Of a stretch of 28,828 bases of DNA, positions 1-10,132 are shown piece by piece. The position numbers and the translations under genes were made by a program. The stretch lies in the NCBI GenBank assembly GCA_040256005.1, contig JBDZWC010000028.1:1-28828 (forward strand), written 5' to 3'. Origin of the DNA: Deinococcaceae bacterium (GTDB lineage: Bacteria > Deinococcota > Deinococci > Deinococcales > Trueperaceae). The notes under the pieces were generated by a model. The model did no database searches. It had not been told where the DNA came from and saw nothing but the letters and a program-made list of their open reading frames with translations. Positions within the stretch are counted from its first letter, which is position 1, and each line of letters opens with the position of its first letter.

Positions 1-1726
1 CGCCCGACGATGCCGACGCGGACGCCGAGGCGAGCGACCTCGACAGCGAGGTCACGGAGCGCGAGACGTCCGCGAGGCTGGACAGATGTGTGGTCGAGCC
101 GATCCAGTGAGCGCGGCTCGCCATGGCCGCCTCGTCCATGCCCCTCAGCGGCGCGGCACGCGCGACGTTCCTGAGGTAGCGCTCGGCGACGCCCAGAGCC
201 GCGGCGTAGACGTAGTAGACGTCCCACAGCTTGAAGAAGTCGTCCGGGGCGTCCTTCATGCGGGTGTAATCGGACAGGGTGCGCTTGAACCCTTGCCACG
301 CCGCCACCTCGGCGGCGATCTCCGGCCGCCACCTGGGCAGCGTCCCGGCCGCCACCACGAGCAGGATGAAGCACAGCACGGCCCCCACGATGCTCGTCAC
401 GCGGCCGGGTCCCAGCAGGAGCACCGCCGCCAGGCCGCAGATCGCCGCACCGGCGAAGCACCACGCCGCCCATGCGTTGGCCACGCGTTGGCTGTCCGCG
501 TCCACGAGCGGGCCACCGCGCTTGGATTCCACCCACCGCCTGACCGATTGACCCCAGCGCGGCATGAAGCTTGAGGCGTAGCGCTGCGAGTAGCTCTTCA
601 TCTCGCGGAACTCCAGCTGCGAAGGGTCACCGCGCCGGTAGGTCTGGGCAGCGTTCTTCAGGTAGCGCAACACGTCGGCCTCGAACGGTTGCAGGCCCTC
701 CGTAGACCGACTCAGGTCGAGGTTCATCTCGAACTTGCCGCGCTTGCTGGCGAACTCCCCGTAGCCGCGCCGGGCCAGGTCCATGATCGTCGCCATGAAC
801 GCGTTGCCCATGCTCGAGGACTGGAACGACTGCTGCTGCATGGCCGTCACGGCAGCGGGAGGCAGCGCGCTGGGCGGCTCGAACGGGTACTGCATGGCGG
901 ACACCCTGGGCTCGCGGCCGTGTCTGAAGTAGGCGCGGACGACGCCCCCCAGCAGGAACAGGAAGATGCCGGCCGGGAGGATCATCCAGTAGGGCGACCG
1001 CCTGAGCGCGGCGAAGAACGCGGCGCGGTCGCTCTGGTTGGCGATCTCGGTCTCCTCGATCAGCGCCGCCTGGTGCCCCGGAGCCGTGCCCTTGGGTACG
1101 AACAGGGCGGGGTCCATCATGTAGTTGACCTCTACGCCTGCTCCGGTGGGGATGCGGTCGAAGCGCACGGTGAGCACGGACCGGTCCTCCGACAGCTCGA
1201 CGAACGGCCTCTCGGGGTTGGCGTACCGGTGCACGTAGACGTCGAAGGGCTCCGACATGGGGCCCGGGGCCTCGACCCTCAACTGGTACCCCACGATGGG
1301 CGGATGGTCGAGCTGAACGAGGTTCCAGTACCACTGGGCCATGTCGCTGTAGAAGTCCATGGTGCCGGAGAGCCGGTAGACGAAGCGGACCCTGCGCTCG
1401 CTGATGCGGCTCTCGTTGCGCACGACGAGCTCGGTGCCGGCCGCGCAGGGCTGGGTGAACGCCGTGGCCTGCGGCCCGCTGCTGACCGCCCCGGACCCGG
1501 GCAGCAGGTCGACGCGCTGGTTCCTCTCCAGCTCCAGGCAGATGAACGCCTCACCGAAGTCGCCGTCGGTCCACAGCGTCCTGGTGTCCTCGATGACCAC
1601 CGTGCCCTCCGGCTCGAGGGTCACGTTCTGCACGACGTCACGCCATTCGAACCGCTGCGCCTGCGCCGCGCCCAGCAGCACGAACGCCGAAGCCAACAGG
1701 CACACGCGTTCCCAGTTGAGTCTCAT
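1..1726 (-). CDS. DUF2207-family predicted membrane protein (3' end runs off the window)
   Basis: Missing from the ORF track because there is no stop in the window. Manual translation from ATG 1726 gives MRLNWERVCLLASAFVLLGAAQAQRFEWRDVVQNVTL..., then YWN, EPPSALPPAAV, ATIMDLARRGY, WQGFKRTLSDY, LWDVYYVYAAALGVAE and a Ser/Ala-rich tail (SRSLASASASASSG), all typical of DUF2207. An in-frame ATG at 1735 overlaps the -10 box, so 1726 is preferred. Confidence 0.85.
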   Translation of the reverse strand, partial: MRLNWERVCLLASAFVLLGAAQAQRFEWRDVVQNVTLEPEGTVVIEDTRTLWTDGDFGEAFICLELERNQRVDLLPGSGAVSSGPQATAFTQPCAAGTELVVRNESRISERRVRFVYRLSGTMDFYSDMAQWYWNLVQLDHPPIVGYQLRVEAPGPMSEPFDVYVHRYANPERPFVELSEDRSVLTVRFDRIPTGAGVEVNYMMDPALFVPKGTAPGHQAALIEETEIANQSDRAAFFAALRRSPYWMILPAGIFLFLLGGVVRAYFRHGREPRVSAMQYPFEPPSALPPAAVTAMQQQSFQSSSMGNAFMATIMDLARRGYGEFASKRGKFEMNLDLSRSTEGLQPFEADVLRYLKNAAQTYRRGDPSQLEFREMKSYSQRYASSFMPRWGQSVRRWVESKRGGPLVDADSQRVANAWAAWCFAGAAICGLAAVLLLGPGRVTSIVGAVLCFILLVVAAGTLPRWRPEIAAEVAAWQGFKRTLSDYTRMKDAPDDFFKLWDVYYVYAAALGVAERYLRNVARAAPLRGMDEAAMASRAHWIGSTTHLSSLADVSRSVTSLSRSLASASASASSG

Positions 1727-1733
1727 CCGCGTC

Positions 1734-1739
1734 ATATTA
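1734..1739 (-). promoter_or_regulatory. -10 box TAATAT, leaderless-type promoter
   Basis: TAATAT, 7 nt, then ATG 1726 on the minus strand. Confidence 0.65.
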
Positions 1740-1784
1740 GGGGCAATCCGAGCGCGCGACCGGCCGGCGCGGCAGTTGCCTTCG

Positions 1785-2939
1785 TCACTCCCGGGCCACT
1801 GCGACCGCGATGGGCACCCTGGCGGCCCTGCCAGCCGGCAGCAGCCCCGCCAGCAGGCCGGTAACGGCCGCCACAGCGACCGCGAACGCCACGAGGCGCG
1901 GCGTCACAGCGGCCAGCGACAGGCCCAGGTAATCGTTGGCGATGTAGTTGACGAGCCCGGCGGCCAACGTCCCCAGTCCCACGCCGACGGCGGCGCCGAC
2001 GAGCGACAGCAGCACGGACTCCAGCACGACGAGTGAGAAGAGGAAGCTGGGCTTGGCGCCCACGGCCCTCACGACCCCGAACTCGCGGGTGCGCTCGAAG
2101 ACGCTCATCATCATCGTGTTCGCCACGGCGATGGCGCCGACCACCAGGGCGATGAGGCTGATACCGAGGCGGACGAAGTCGGAGATCCGCAGGCTGTCCT
2201 GGATCACGGACAGGGCGCCGGCCTGGGTCTGGACACCCAGCTCGGGGTAGGCGGCCTCGATCCTCGCCGCGACCTCGTCGGCCCTATCGGGACGCTCGAG
2301 CTTGAGCAGTATCGCCGTCACCCGGTCGACGACGCCCATGGCGGTTCGCAGCGACGTGAAGGGCACGATGATCATGTTGTCGAGGAGCCCTGACCCGGAG
2401 GTCGCCACGCCCACGATCTCGAACGTCGCCTCGGGATTGAGCCGCAGCGTGTCGCCTATCTCCAGGCCGGCACGGTCCGCGACGGACTTGCCGATGACGG
2501 CCAGCAGCGACCCCTCGTCATCGGCGTTGAGGCCCCGGCCCTCCACCACCGTAGCCCCGGTGAACACGCTCTCGAGCGGCACGTCGGTGTGCAGCCCTTC
2601 GAAGATGAACGACTGCGACACGGACAGGCCGCCACGCAGCCAGGTGAGCACGGGCGTCACCGAGACCAACCCGAGCGATCCCGCGTCCTGCCTGAGGCGT
2701 TCGACGTACTCGTCGGGCAGGTCGGGTGCGGTGGGGAAGAGGTCGTCGCCGGCCTCCCCGTAGCTGACCTGCAGCTCCGGACCCAGCCCCGCGAGCTGGT
2801 CGGCGAACGCCTTGCGCAGGCCCTCGCCGATGGACATGAAGACGACGGTTGACGCGATCGCGACGGCGATGCCCAGGGCTGTGAGCCCTGTCCTCAGCGG
2901 CCGGTGCCGGAGCGAGGCCAGCGCCAGCTGTCCGGTCAC
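1785..2939 (-). CDS. ABC transporter permease, MacB/FtsX type
   Basis: N-terminal RTGLTALGIAVAIA TM, large periplasmic domain, GAIAVANTMMMSVFERTREFGVVRAVGA motif, C-terminal LLPAGRAARVP. GTG 2939 follows GAGGGG; the ORF track start is 2951. Confidence 0.9.
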   Translation of the reverse strand: MTGQLALASLRHRPLRTGLTALGIAVAIASTVVFMSIGEGLRKAFADQLAGLGPELQVSYGEAGDDLFPTAPDLPDEYVERLRQDAGSLGLVSVTPVLTWLRGGLSVSQSFIFEGLHTDVPLESVFTGATVVEGRGLNADDEGSLLAVIGKSVADRAGLEIGDTLRLNPEATFEIVGVATSGSGLLDNMIIVPFTSLRTAMGVVDRVTAILLKLERPDRADEVAARIEAAYPELGVQTQAGALSVIQDSLRISDFVRLGISLIALVVGAIAVANTMMMSVFERTREFGVVRAVGAKPSFLFSLVVLESVLLSLVGAAVGVGLGTLAAGLVNYIANDYLGLSLAAVTPRLVAFAVAVAAVTGLLAGLLPAGRAARVPIAVAVARE

Positions 2940-2947
2940 CCCGCCCC

Positions 2948-4027
2948 TCACTGGTTGGCGAAGGCGCGCCCCACGATGGCACCGGACGAGCCCAGGGTCC
3001 CGATGTTCGTGCTGCCCTGGGTGATGTTCACGCCCGCGGCGTTGCCGACGTAGACGTAGACGGGCAGGTCGTAGGTGAGGACCTCCCCTGGTTGTGCCGT
3101 GTAGTACGCGAGCCGCTCACCCTGGTTCCTGGCGCTGCCGCGGTAGACCTCGAGCCACGTGGGCGCCGTCACCTCGATGACGATCTGGTCGTCGGAGGCC
3201 GCCGGCCCGGCGTCGGCGGGGGCCTCCTCGGCGGGCAAGGGGGCCAGGTTCACGGTCAGCGTCTGGTCTTCGAGCAGGTCCACGGTCTCCTCGAGCGGCT
3301 GGTAGCCGTCCAGCGTGACGCTGAGCACGCGCCCCTGCCGCGCCGTCACCGGCACGTCCTGGATCGGTGTCGTGCCGGGCAGCACGAAGCTGTCGATGCT
3401 GACGGTGGCACCCGGCGGCTCGGAGAGGACGGTGATGAGCACGGTGGAGGGGCCGGACGGCTGCTGGGCCTCCTCGCCTTCGGCGGGCGCTCCCGCCGCC
3501 GGCGTCCCGCCGTCCTGGGTCTGGGTGACGACGGGCGTGTCGCCGCGGGTCGCTCCGCCACCGGGAGCCATGAGGCGGTTGAACCCCCACACCGCCAGGG
3601 CGACGAGGGCCACGACGAGCACCAGGGTGGGCACGAGCGGGCCCAGTGAGAACCCGCGGCCCTGCCGGTCCGTGCCGCGCTTGCGTTTGGGCGGCGGGGG
3701 CTTCTCGCCCCGCCGCTCCTTGTCCAGCCGCTCTTCCAGGGTCGACAGCCCCCCGGCCTGGCGGCGCTCGACCTGGTAGGCGCCCAGAGCGCGCTCGCTG
3801 TCCACGCCCACGGCCTGGGCGAAGAGCCTCACGAAGTTCCTGGTGTAGACGTCCTCCGGGAGGTCCTGGTAGCGCCCTTCCTCGAGCGCTCGCAGGTACT
3901 CCTTACGGACGTGCGTGAGCTCGGCCACGTCGGCCAGGTCCAGACCACGGCTCTCGCGCGAGCTGCGCAGTAGCTCCCCCAGACCTTGCGGGCGGCCGGT
4001 GCCGGTGATGCGGCCCTCGTCGCTCAC
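2948..4027 (-). CDS. rodZ: RodZ-like protein (HTH_25, TM, PEGA-like insert, DUF4115)
   Basis: LGELLRSSRESRGLDLADVAELTHVRKEYLRALEEGRYQDLPEDVYTRNFVRLFAQAVGVD, basic linker, one TM, C-terminal TWLEV...VGNAAGV. Confidence 0.85.
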   Translation of the reverse strand: MSDEGRITGTGRPQGLGELLRSSRESRGLDLADVAELTHVRKEYLRALEEGRYQDLPEDVYTRNFVRLFAQAVGVDSERALGAYQVERRQAGGLSTLEERLDKERRGEKPPPPKRKRGTDRQGRGFSLGPLVPTLVLVVALVALAVWGFNRLMAPGGGATRGDTPVVTQTQDGGTPAAGAPAEGEEAQQPSGPSTVLITVLSEPPGATVSIDSFVLPGTTPIQDVPVTARQGRVLSVTLDGYQPLEETVDLLEDQTLTVNLAPLPAEEAPADAGPAASDDQIVIEVTAPTWLEVYRGSARNQGERLAYYTAQPGEVLTYDLPVYVYVGNAAGVNITQGSTNIGTLGSSGAIVGRAFANQ

Positions 4028-4950
4028 GACGGCGCCCCCACGAGCGGGGAGACACGGGCGTAAGCGGCCGCGACCTGCGCGGCGAGCCTGGCGTTCTCCT
4101 CGAGGAGCCGGGTGTTGACCTCCACGGTCGCTCCTTCGGACAGCGTGGCGAGCTCGGCCAGGAGGAAGGGCGTGGACTCCCTGCCCCTGATCCCTCGCTG
4201 GGCCAGCTCGACCTCGGCGCGAGCCCTCAGGGACCCGAACTCCTCCAGTGTCATGCCGTTGGAAACGGGGTTGCTGAGCACCACGCCAGAGGATAACCCC
4301 AGCTCTAGCTGCGTTCTCAGCACCGCGGCGGCTTGGGCCGGGGTGTCAACCCTGGCGGGCAGCTCGAGGTCGGTGAGGCTCACGAGGAACCCCGCGAGGC
4401 GGCTGGAGCGGAACCCCACCACGGGCACGCCCGCCGTCTCCAGCCGTTCCAGCGTGGCGGAGGCGTCCAGGATGCTCTTGGGCCCGGCGCAGACGGTGAT
4501 GAGCGGGTAGCGGGCGAGGGCCGACAGGTCGGCGGACTCGTCGAACGGCACGTCGTGAACGCCTCCGATGCCCCCCGTGGCGAAGACAGCTATGCCCGCG
4601 CCGTGAGCGGCCCACAACGTCGTCGCGACGGTGGTGCCGGCCGAGCCGCCGCGCGCGACCACGGCCGCCAGGTTCCAGAGCGACGCCTTGTCGGCGTCCC
4701 GGGCCTCGGAGAGCTCGGCCAGCTCGCTCTCCGACAGGCCCACGACGACCTGGCCCCGCAGCACGCCGATGGTCGCCGGCACCGCTCCTGCCTCCCTGAC
4801 GACGTCCTGGAGCCTCCGCCCGGCGTCAAGGTTGAGCGGACGCGGCAGGCCATGCGTGAGCACCGTCGACTCGAGCGCCACCACGGGCGCTCCGCCGTTC
4901 AGGGCGGCCTCGACGTGCTCGCCGATGCGCAGGCGCAGCGGAGTGGTCAC
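4024..4950 (-). CDS. psuG: Pseudouridine-5'-phosphate glycosidase
   Basis: PVVALESTVLTHGLPRPLN, GTTVATT, FATGGIGGVH, DESADL, CAGPKSILD, TPFLL motifs. Confidence 0.93.
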   Translation of the reverse strand: MTTPLRLRIGEHVEAALNGGAPVVALESTVLTHGLPRPLNLDAGRRLQDVVREAGAVPATIGVLRGQVVVGLSESELAELSEARDADKASLWNLAAVVARGGSAGTTVATTLWAAHGAGIAVFATGGIGGVHDVPFDESADLSALARYPLITVCAGPKSILDASATLERLETAGVPVVGFRSSRLAGFLVSLTDLELPARVDTPAQAAAVLRTQLELGLSSGVVLSNPVSNGMTLEEFGSLRARAEVELAQRGIRGRESTPFLLAELATLSEGATVEVNTRLLEENARLAAQVAAAYARVSPLVGAPS

Positions 4951-4956
4951 GACGTC

Positions 4957-4962
4957 ATCTTA
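4957..4962 (-). promoter_or_regulatory. -10 box TAAGAT, leaderless-type promoter of psuG
   Basis: TAAGAT, 6 nt, then GTG 4950. Confidence 0.65.
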
Positions 4963-4995
4963 CGTTCCGAGGAAGGCCGTTCCTAAGCGCCGTGG

Positions 4996-5001
4996 TAACC
5001 T
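4996..5001 (+). promoter_or_regulatory. Extended -10 TGgTAACCT, leaderless-type promoter
   Basis: TAACCT, 7 nt, then GTG 5009. Confidence 0.6.
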
Positions 5002-5008
5002 CACGCCC

Positions 5009-5338
5009 GTGGAGGTGCCGGAGCTGTCGGCCGTGTGGCCGCTGGTCGAGCAGGTCGGCTTCGGCGCCGTCGCCGGGTTCATCGCGGGCTACGCGCTCAA
5101 GAAGGTGGGCAAGGTCGTCGCGATCGTCCTCGGGCTTCTCTTCATCGCCGTTCAGCTACTGGCGTGGTCCGGCTTCATCAGCGTGAACTGGGGCGTGGTG
5201 CAGGAGCGCGTCGACCCCATGCTCACCGGCGAGTCGCTCCAGGGCACGTGGTCGTCGCTGGTAGCGCTGCTCACCTACAACGTGCCGTTCGCGGCGGCGT
5301 TCGTGCCGGCGTTCATCCTCGGCCTCAAGAGGGGCTGA
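5009..5338 (+). CDS. FUN14-family small membrane protein
   Basis: QVGFGAVAGFIAGYALKKVGKVVAIVLGLLFIAVQLLAWSGFISVNW pattern. The real start is probably GTG 5009, within track ORF 4631..5338. Confidence 0.85.
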   Translation: MEVPELSAVWPLVEQVGFGAVAGFIAGYALKKVGKVVAIVLGLLFIAVQLLAWSGFISVNWGVVQERVDPMLTGESLQGTWSSLVALLTYNVPFAAAFVPAFILGLKRG

Positions 5339-5382
5339 GCAGGTCTCCAACCCGGCGATGAGCCCGATCGCATGGCCGATTA

Positions 5383-5427
5383 CTTGAGCGTGGTCGTATT
5401 AGGTGCGATGAGCGGTGACCGTTCATC
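5383..5427. promoter_or_regulatory. Two HAIR-like (HspR) boxes
   Basis: CTTGAGC-N7-TATTAGG (5383-5403, weak right half) and the near-palindrome GATGAGC-N7-GTTCATC (5407-5427), compared with consensus CTTGAGT-N7-ACTCAAG. Confidence 0.45.
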
Positions 5428-5446
5428 CTGATTGACAACGCATGGC

Positions 5447-5476
5447 TTGACAGCCCTTCTCGACCCTGGATAGCAT
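5447..5476 (+). promoter_or_regulatory. SigA-type promoter of groESL
   Basis: TTGACA (5447-5452), 18 nt, TAGCAT (5471-5476). Confidence 0.75.
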
Positions 5477-5485
5477 GGCCGGTGG

Positions 5486-5512
5486 TTGGCACTCACCACG
5501 TGAGACTGCCAA
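5486..5512 (+). promoter_or_regulatory. CIRCE element (HrcA operator)
   Basis: TTGGCACTC-N9-GACTGCCAA vs consensus TTAGCACTC-N9-GAGTGCTAA, just downstream of the -10 and upstream of groES. Confidence 0.88.
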
Positions 5513-5540
5513 GAAGTCACCCAAGAACAGTGGAGGAAGC

Positions 5541-5843
5541 ATGGCTGACCAGAAGCTGAACCTGAAGCCACTGGGCGACAAGGTGGTGGTCGAGGTCGTC
5601 GACGAGCCTCAGACCACGGCCTCGGGCCTGGTGCTGCCCGACAGCGCCAAGGAGAAGAGCCAGCGGGGCAAGGTCCTCGCCGTCGGTCCAGGCAAGTACC
5701 TGGAGAACGGGTCCCGCGAGCCGGTCGACGTCCAGGTGGGCGACACCGTCGTGTTCGCGAAGTACGGCGGCACCGAGATCGAGCTAGACGGGCGCGAGCT
5801 CATGATCCTGAGCCAGCGCGACATCCACGCGGTCCTGGGCTAA
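5541..5843 (+). CDS. groES: Co-chaperonin GroES
   Basis: [47 protein letters not shown] before ATG 5541. Confidence 0.98.
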   Translation: MADQKLNLKPLGDKVVVEVVDEPQTTASGLVLPDSAKEKSQRGKVLAVGPGKYLENGSREPVDVQVGDTVVFAKYGGTEIELDGRELMILSQRDIHAVLG

Positions 5844-5873
5844 AGGGCGCGCGGAGCTAGAACCACACGCTAG

Positions 5874-7526
<1,653 letters not shown>

Positions 7527-7565
7527 GTCCTGCCCTGTGAACGCCCGGAGACCGGGCGCTCTAAG

Positions 7566-7604
7566 GCCGCCGCTCGCGATCGCGCGGGCGGCGGCTCTCT
7601 CTTC
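7566..7604 (+). terminator. GC-rich hairpin, probable intrinsic terminator after groEL
   Basis: GCCGCCGCTCGCG-ATCG-CGCGGGCGGCGGC followed by TCTCTCTTC, between convergent genes. Confidence 0.65.
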
Positions 7605-7628
7605 GGTTCGGCAGGGACGCGGGCGCGT

Positions 7629-9176
7629 CTAGTGGACGATCAGCGACTCGCCGGTCATCTCCTGGGGCTGTTGCAGGCCCATGAGCTCGAGCACCGTGGG
7701 CGCGACGTCGCACAGGGCGCCGCCTGATCGCAGCTTCAGCGACGCCACGGCCGGGTCGTCGGACACGATGACGCAGGGCACCGGGTTGGTGGTGTGGGCC
7801 GTCTGCGGCTCACCGGCGGGGGTGAGCATCTGCTCGGCGTTGCCGTGGTCGGCGATGACAACGGCGGTGCCACCGCGGGCGCGCCAGGCCTCCAGCAGGC
7901 GTCCTAGGCCGGCGTCCACGGCCTCGCAGGCCGCCACGGCGGCGGAGAGCACACCGGTGTGACCCACCATGTCTGGGTTGGCGTAGTTGATGAGAAGGAA
8001 GTCGTCCCGTCCGGTGCGGATGCGCGCCACCGTGGCGTCCGTCAGCTCCGGAGCGCTCATCTGAGGCTGCAGGTCGTAGGTGGCGACCTTGGGTGAGGGC
8101 ACCAGCACCCTGTCCTCGCCCGGGAACGGCTCCTCGCGTTGCAGGTTGAAGAAGTAGGTGACGTGGGCGTACTTCTCCGTCTCGGCCGTGTGGTACTGCT
8201 TCCCGCCCGCCAGCGCGACGACCTCGGAGAGGCCCTTGTCGAGGTGCGGCAGGGCGAGGGCGAACGGAAGATGCGCCTCCACGTCGTACTCCATCAGGGA
8301 GGCGAACGTGATGGCAGGAGCCGCGCAGCGCACGAACCCATCGAAACCGGGCAGGGCCAGCGCGTAGGTTAGCTGCCTCGCCCTGTCGGCGCGGAAGTTG
8401 AAGAAGAAGGCAGCGTCGCCGTCTGCCATGCCTTCGTACCCCTCTATCACCGTCGGCACGATGAACTCGTCGGTCTCGCCCCTGGCGTACGCGGTGCTGA
8501 TCGCCTCCGCGGCGCTGGCGGCTTGGTGAGGGGCCCGGCCGCACACGATGGCGGCGTGAGCCTGCGCGGTGCGCTGCCAGCGCCTGTCCCTGTCCATGGC
8601 GTAGTACCGCCCGACGACGGTCGCGACGCGGGCGTCGACGCCACGCTCCCGCAGCTCGCTCAGCTTCGCCTCGACCACCGCGAGGTAGGACCGCCCACCG
8701 TCCGGGGCGCTGTCGCGGCCATCGGTGAAGGCGTGGACGCGCACGCGGCCCGGCCGCTGCGCGGCGGCCAGGTCGAGGAGCGCCAGGAGGTGCCTGATGT
8801 CCGAGTGGACCCCACCGTCGGAGACGAGGCCCAGCAGGTGGAGCGTGGAGTCGCGCGCCGTGGCGTACGTACGCAGGAGCACGGGGTTGTCGCGCAACTC
8901 GCCGGTCTCGATGAGCTCGTCTATGTAGGTGAGGCTCTGCATGACGCGGCGCCCGGCGCCGATGTTCATGTGCCCCACCTCGGAGTTGCCCATCTGGCCG
9001 GCTGGGAGACCGACGGCCTTGCCGGAGGCTTCCAGCGTCGTCCGGGGGCCCGCCTCCCAGATCGCGTCGAAGACCGGGGTGCGCGCCGCGGCGACCGCGT
9101 TGCCCGGCCCGGCGGGGGCGAGGCCGAAGCCGTCGAGGACCACCAGCAGTACGGGCGAGCCGGACGACGTGCTCAC
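7629..9176 (-). CDS. gpmI: 2,3-bisphosphoglycerate-independent phosphoglycerate mutase
   Basis: LVVLDGFG, GQMGNSEVGH, SDGGVHS, TDGRD, GRYYAMDRD, FNFRADRARQL, AETEKYAHVTYFFN, NPDMVGHTG, ADHGNAE. GTG 9176 overlaps the upstream stop (GTGA). Confidence 0.97.
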   Translation of the reverse strand: MSTSSGSPVLLVVLDGFGLAPAGPGNAVAAARTPVFDAIWEAGPRTTLEASGKAVGLPAGQMGNSEVGHMNIGAGRRVMQSLTYIDELIETGELRDNPVLLRTYATARDSTLHLLGLVSDGGVHSDIRHLLALLDLAAAQRPGRVRVHAFTDGRDSAPDGGRSYLAVVEAKLSELRERGVDARVATVVGRYYAMDRDRRWQRTAQAHAAIVCGRAPHQAASAAEAISTAYARGETDEFIVPTVIEGYEGMADGDAAFFFNFRADRARQLTYALALPGFDGFVRCAAPAITFASLMEYDVEAHLPFALALPHLDKGLSEVVALAGGKQYHTAETEKYAHVTYFFNLQREEPFPGEDRVLVPSPKVATYDLQPQMSAPELTDATVARIRTGRDDFLLINYANPDMVGHTGVLSAAVAACEAVDAGLGRLLEAWRARGGTAVVIADHGNAEQMLTPAGEPQTAHTTNPVPCVIVSDDPAVASLKLRSGGALCDVAPTVLELMGLQQPQEMTGESLIVH

Positions 9177-10099
9177 GACCACGACCAGCCCAGGAACCTG
9201 GCCACGCGCTCATCGAGCACGTGCATGTCCGGGTCCGTGAGTTCGTGGGCGCTCTTGCCGAGGACGAGCGCGGCGAGGCACCGCGCGGCCTGCTCCAGAT
9301 GCGTTCTGATCGACGGGTCCGCGACGGCGCGGGGCAACAGGTCGTTCACGGTGTCCTCCAGGTACATGCGTGCGGAGCGCCTGGCCACCTGCGCCTCCTC
9401 GTACGAGAGGCCCGGGTCCATCTCCCCGGGCGACAACGCCAGCCGCCGGGCCGCCGCGATGACGCGCGGCTCGCGTGCGGACCGGCGGCAGCTGGGACAT
9501 AGCTCGCGGTCCCTGATCACCTCGTTCGAACGCCCCGTATCGGCCATCCGTTGCTCGCGCGGGCGTGGCGGTGTGAGCGCGCCGTCGTGCAGCACCCCGC
9601 ACGTGGGGCAGGGCTGGTGACCGGCGGCGCGCCGCCTGGCCCAGTGGCTCGCGACGCTGCGCGCCGCCGCACGGGCGGACGCGGCGACGTCTTCGGGAAG
9701 GCGTGCCGCGGCCACCGCGCCTTCGAGTGGGCTCAGGTCGGCGGCGGGGTCGATGTCGCCGTGGGCAGCGGGCTCCTCCTCGGGGCTCCGCTCCGCCGTC
9801 ACCCGTCCCGCCTGGAAGCGGATGTCCTTGACCTCCTTGAGGCCGTACGTGTCGTGGTAGGCGGCCACGAAGCGTTGGCGTTGCATGGCGAGGTGCATCG
9901 CGGTCTCGGAGTCGGTGACGTCGACGATGAGCACCCCGTTCGTGAACGCCCGCGCCGACGAGAAGCGGGCGACGTCGCGGCCCACGACGCGGGCCCACAG
10001 CAGGACCACCTCGGCGCGCTTCATGGAGCGCCCCATGCCCTTGCGACGGAACAGCTCGGTGAGCAGGTCGCCGGCGCTGCGCGGACCCTCGCCCCTCAC
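9173..10099 (-). CDS. DUF721/DciA-family protein with C-terminal CxxC...CxxC extension
   Basis: N-terminal WARVVGRDVARFSSARAFTNGVLIVDVTDSETAMHL...VKDIRF is DUF721-like; CPTC and CPSC pairs; directly downstream of recF; AGGAGG RBS. Confidence 0.82.
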   Translation of the reverse strand: MRGEGPRSAGDLLTELFRRKGMGRSMKRAEVVLLWARVVGRDVARFSSARAFTNGVLIVDVTDSETAMHLAMQRQRFVAAYHDTYGLKEVKDIRFQAGRVTAERSPEEEPAAHGDIDPAADLSPLEGAVAAARLPEDVAASARAAARSVASHWARRRAAGHQPCPTCGVLHDGALTPPRPREQRMADTGRSNEVIRDRELCPSCRRSAREPRVIAAARRLALSPGEMDPGLSYEEAQVARRSARMYLEDTVNDLLPRAVADPSIRTHLEQAARCLAALVLGKSAHELTDPDMHVLDERVARFLGWSWS

Positions 10100-10132
10100 G
10101 ACAGGTTCCTCCTGACCCTCACGACGGTCGCC

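Noticed and set aside
4960..4976. TTACGT resembling a Deinococcus RDRM (DdrO) half-site; also near 20329
   Set aside because: The second half of the 17-bp palindrome does not match
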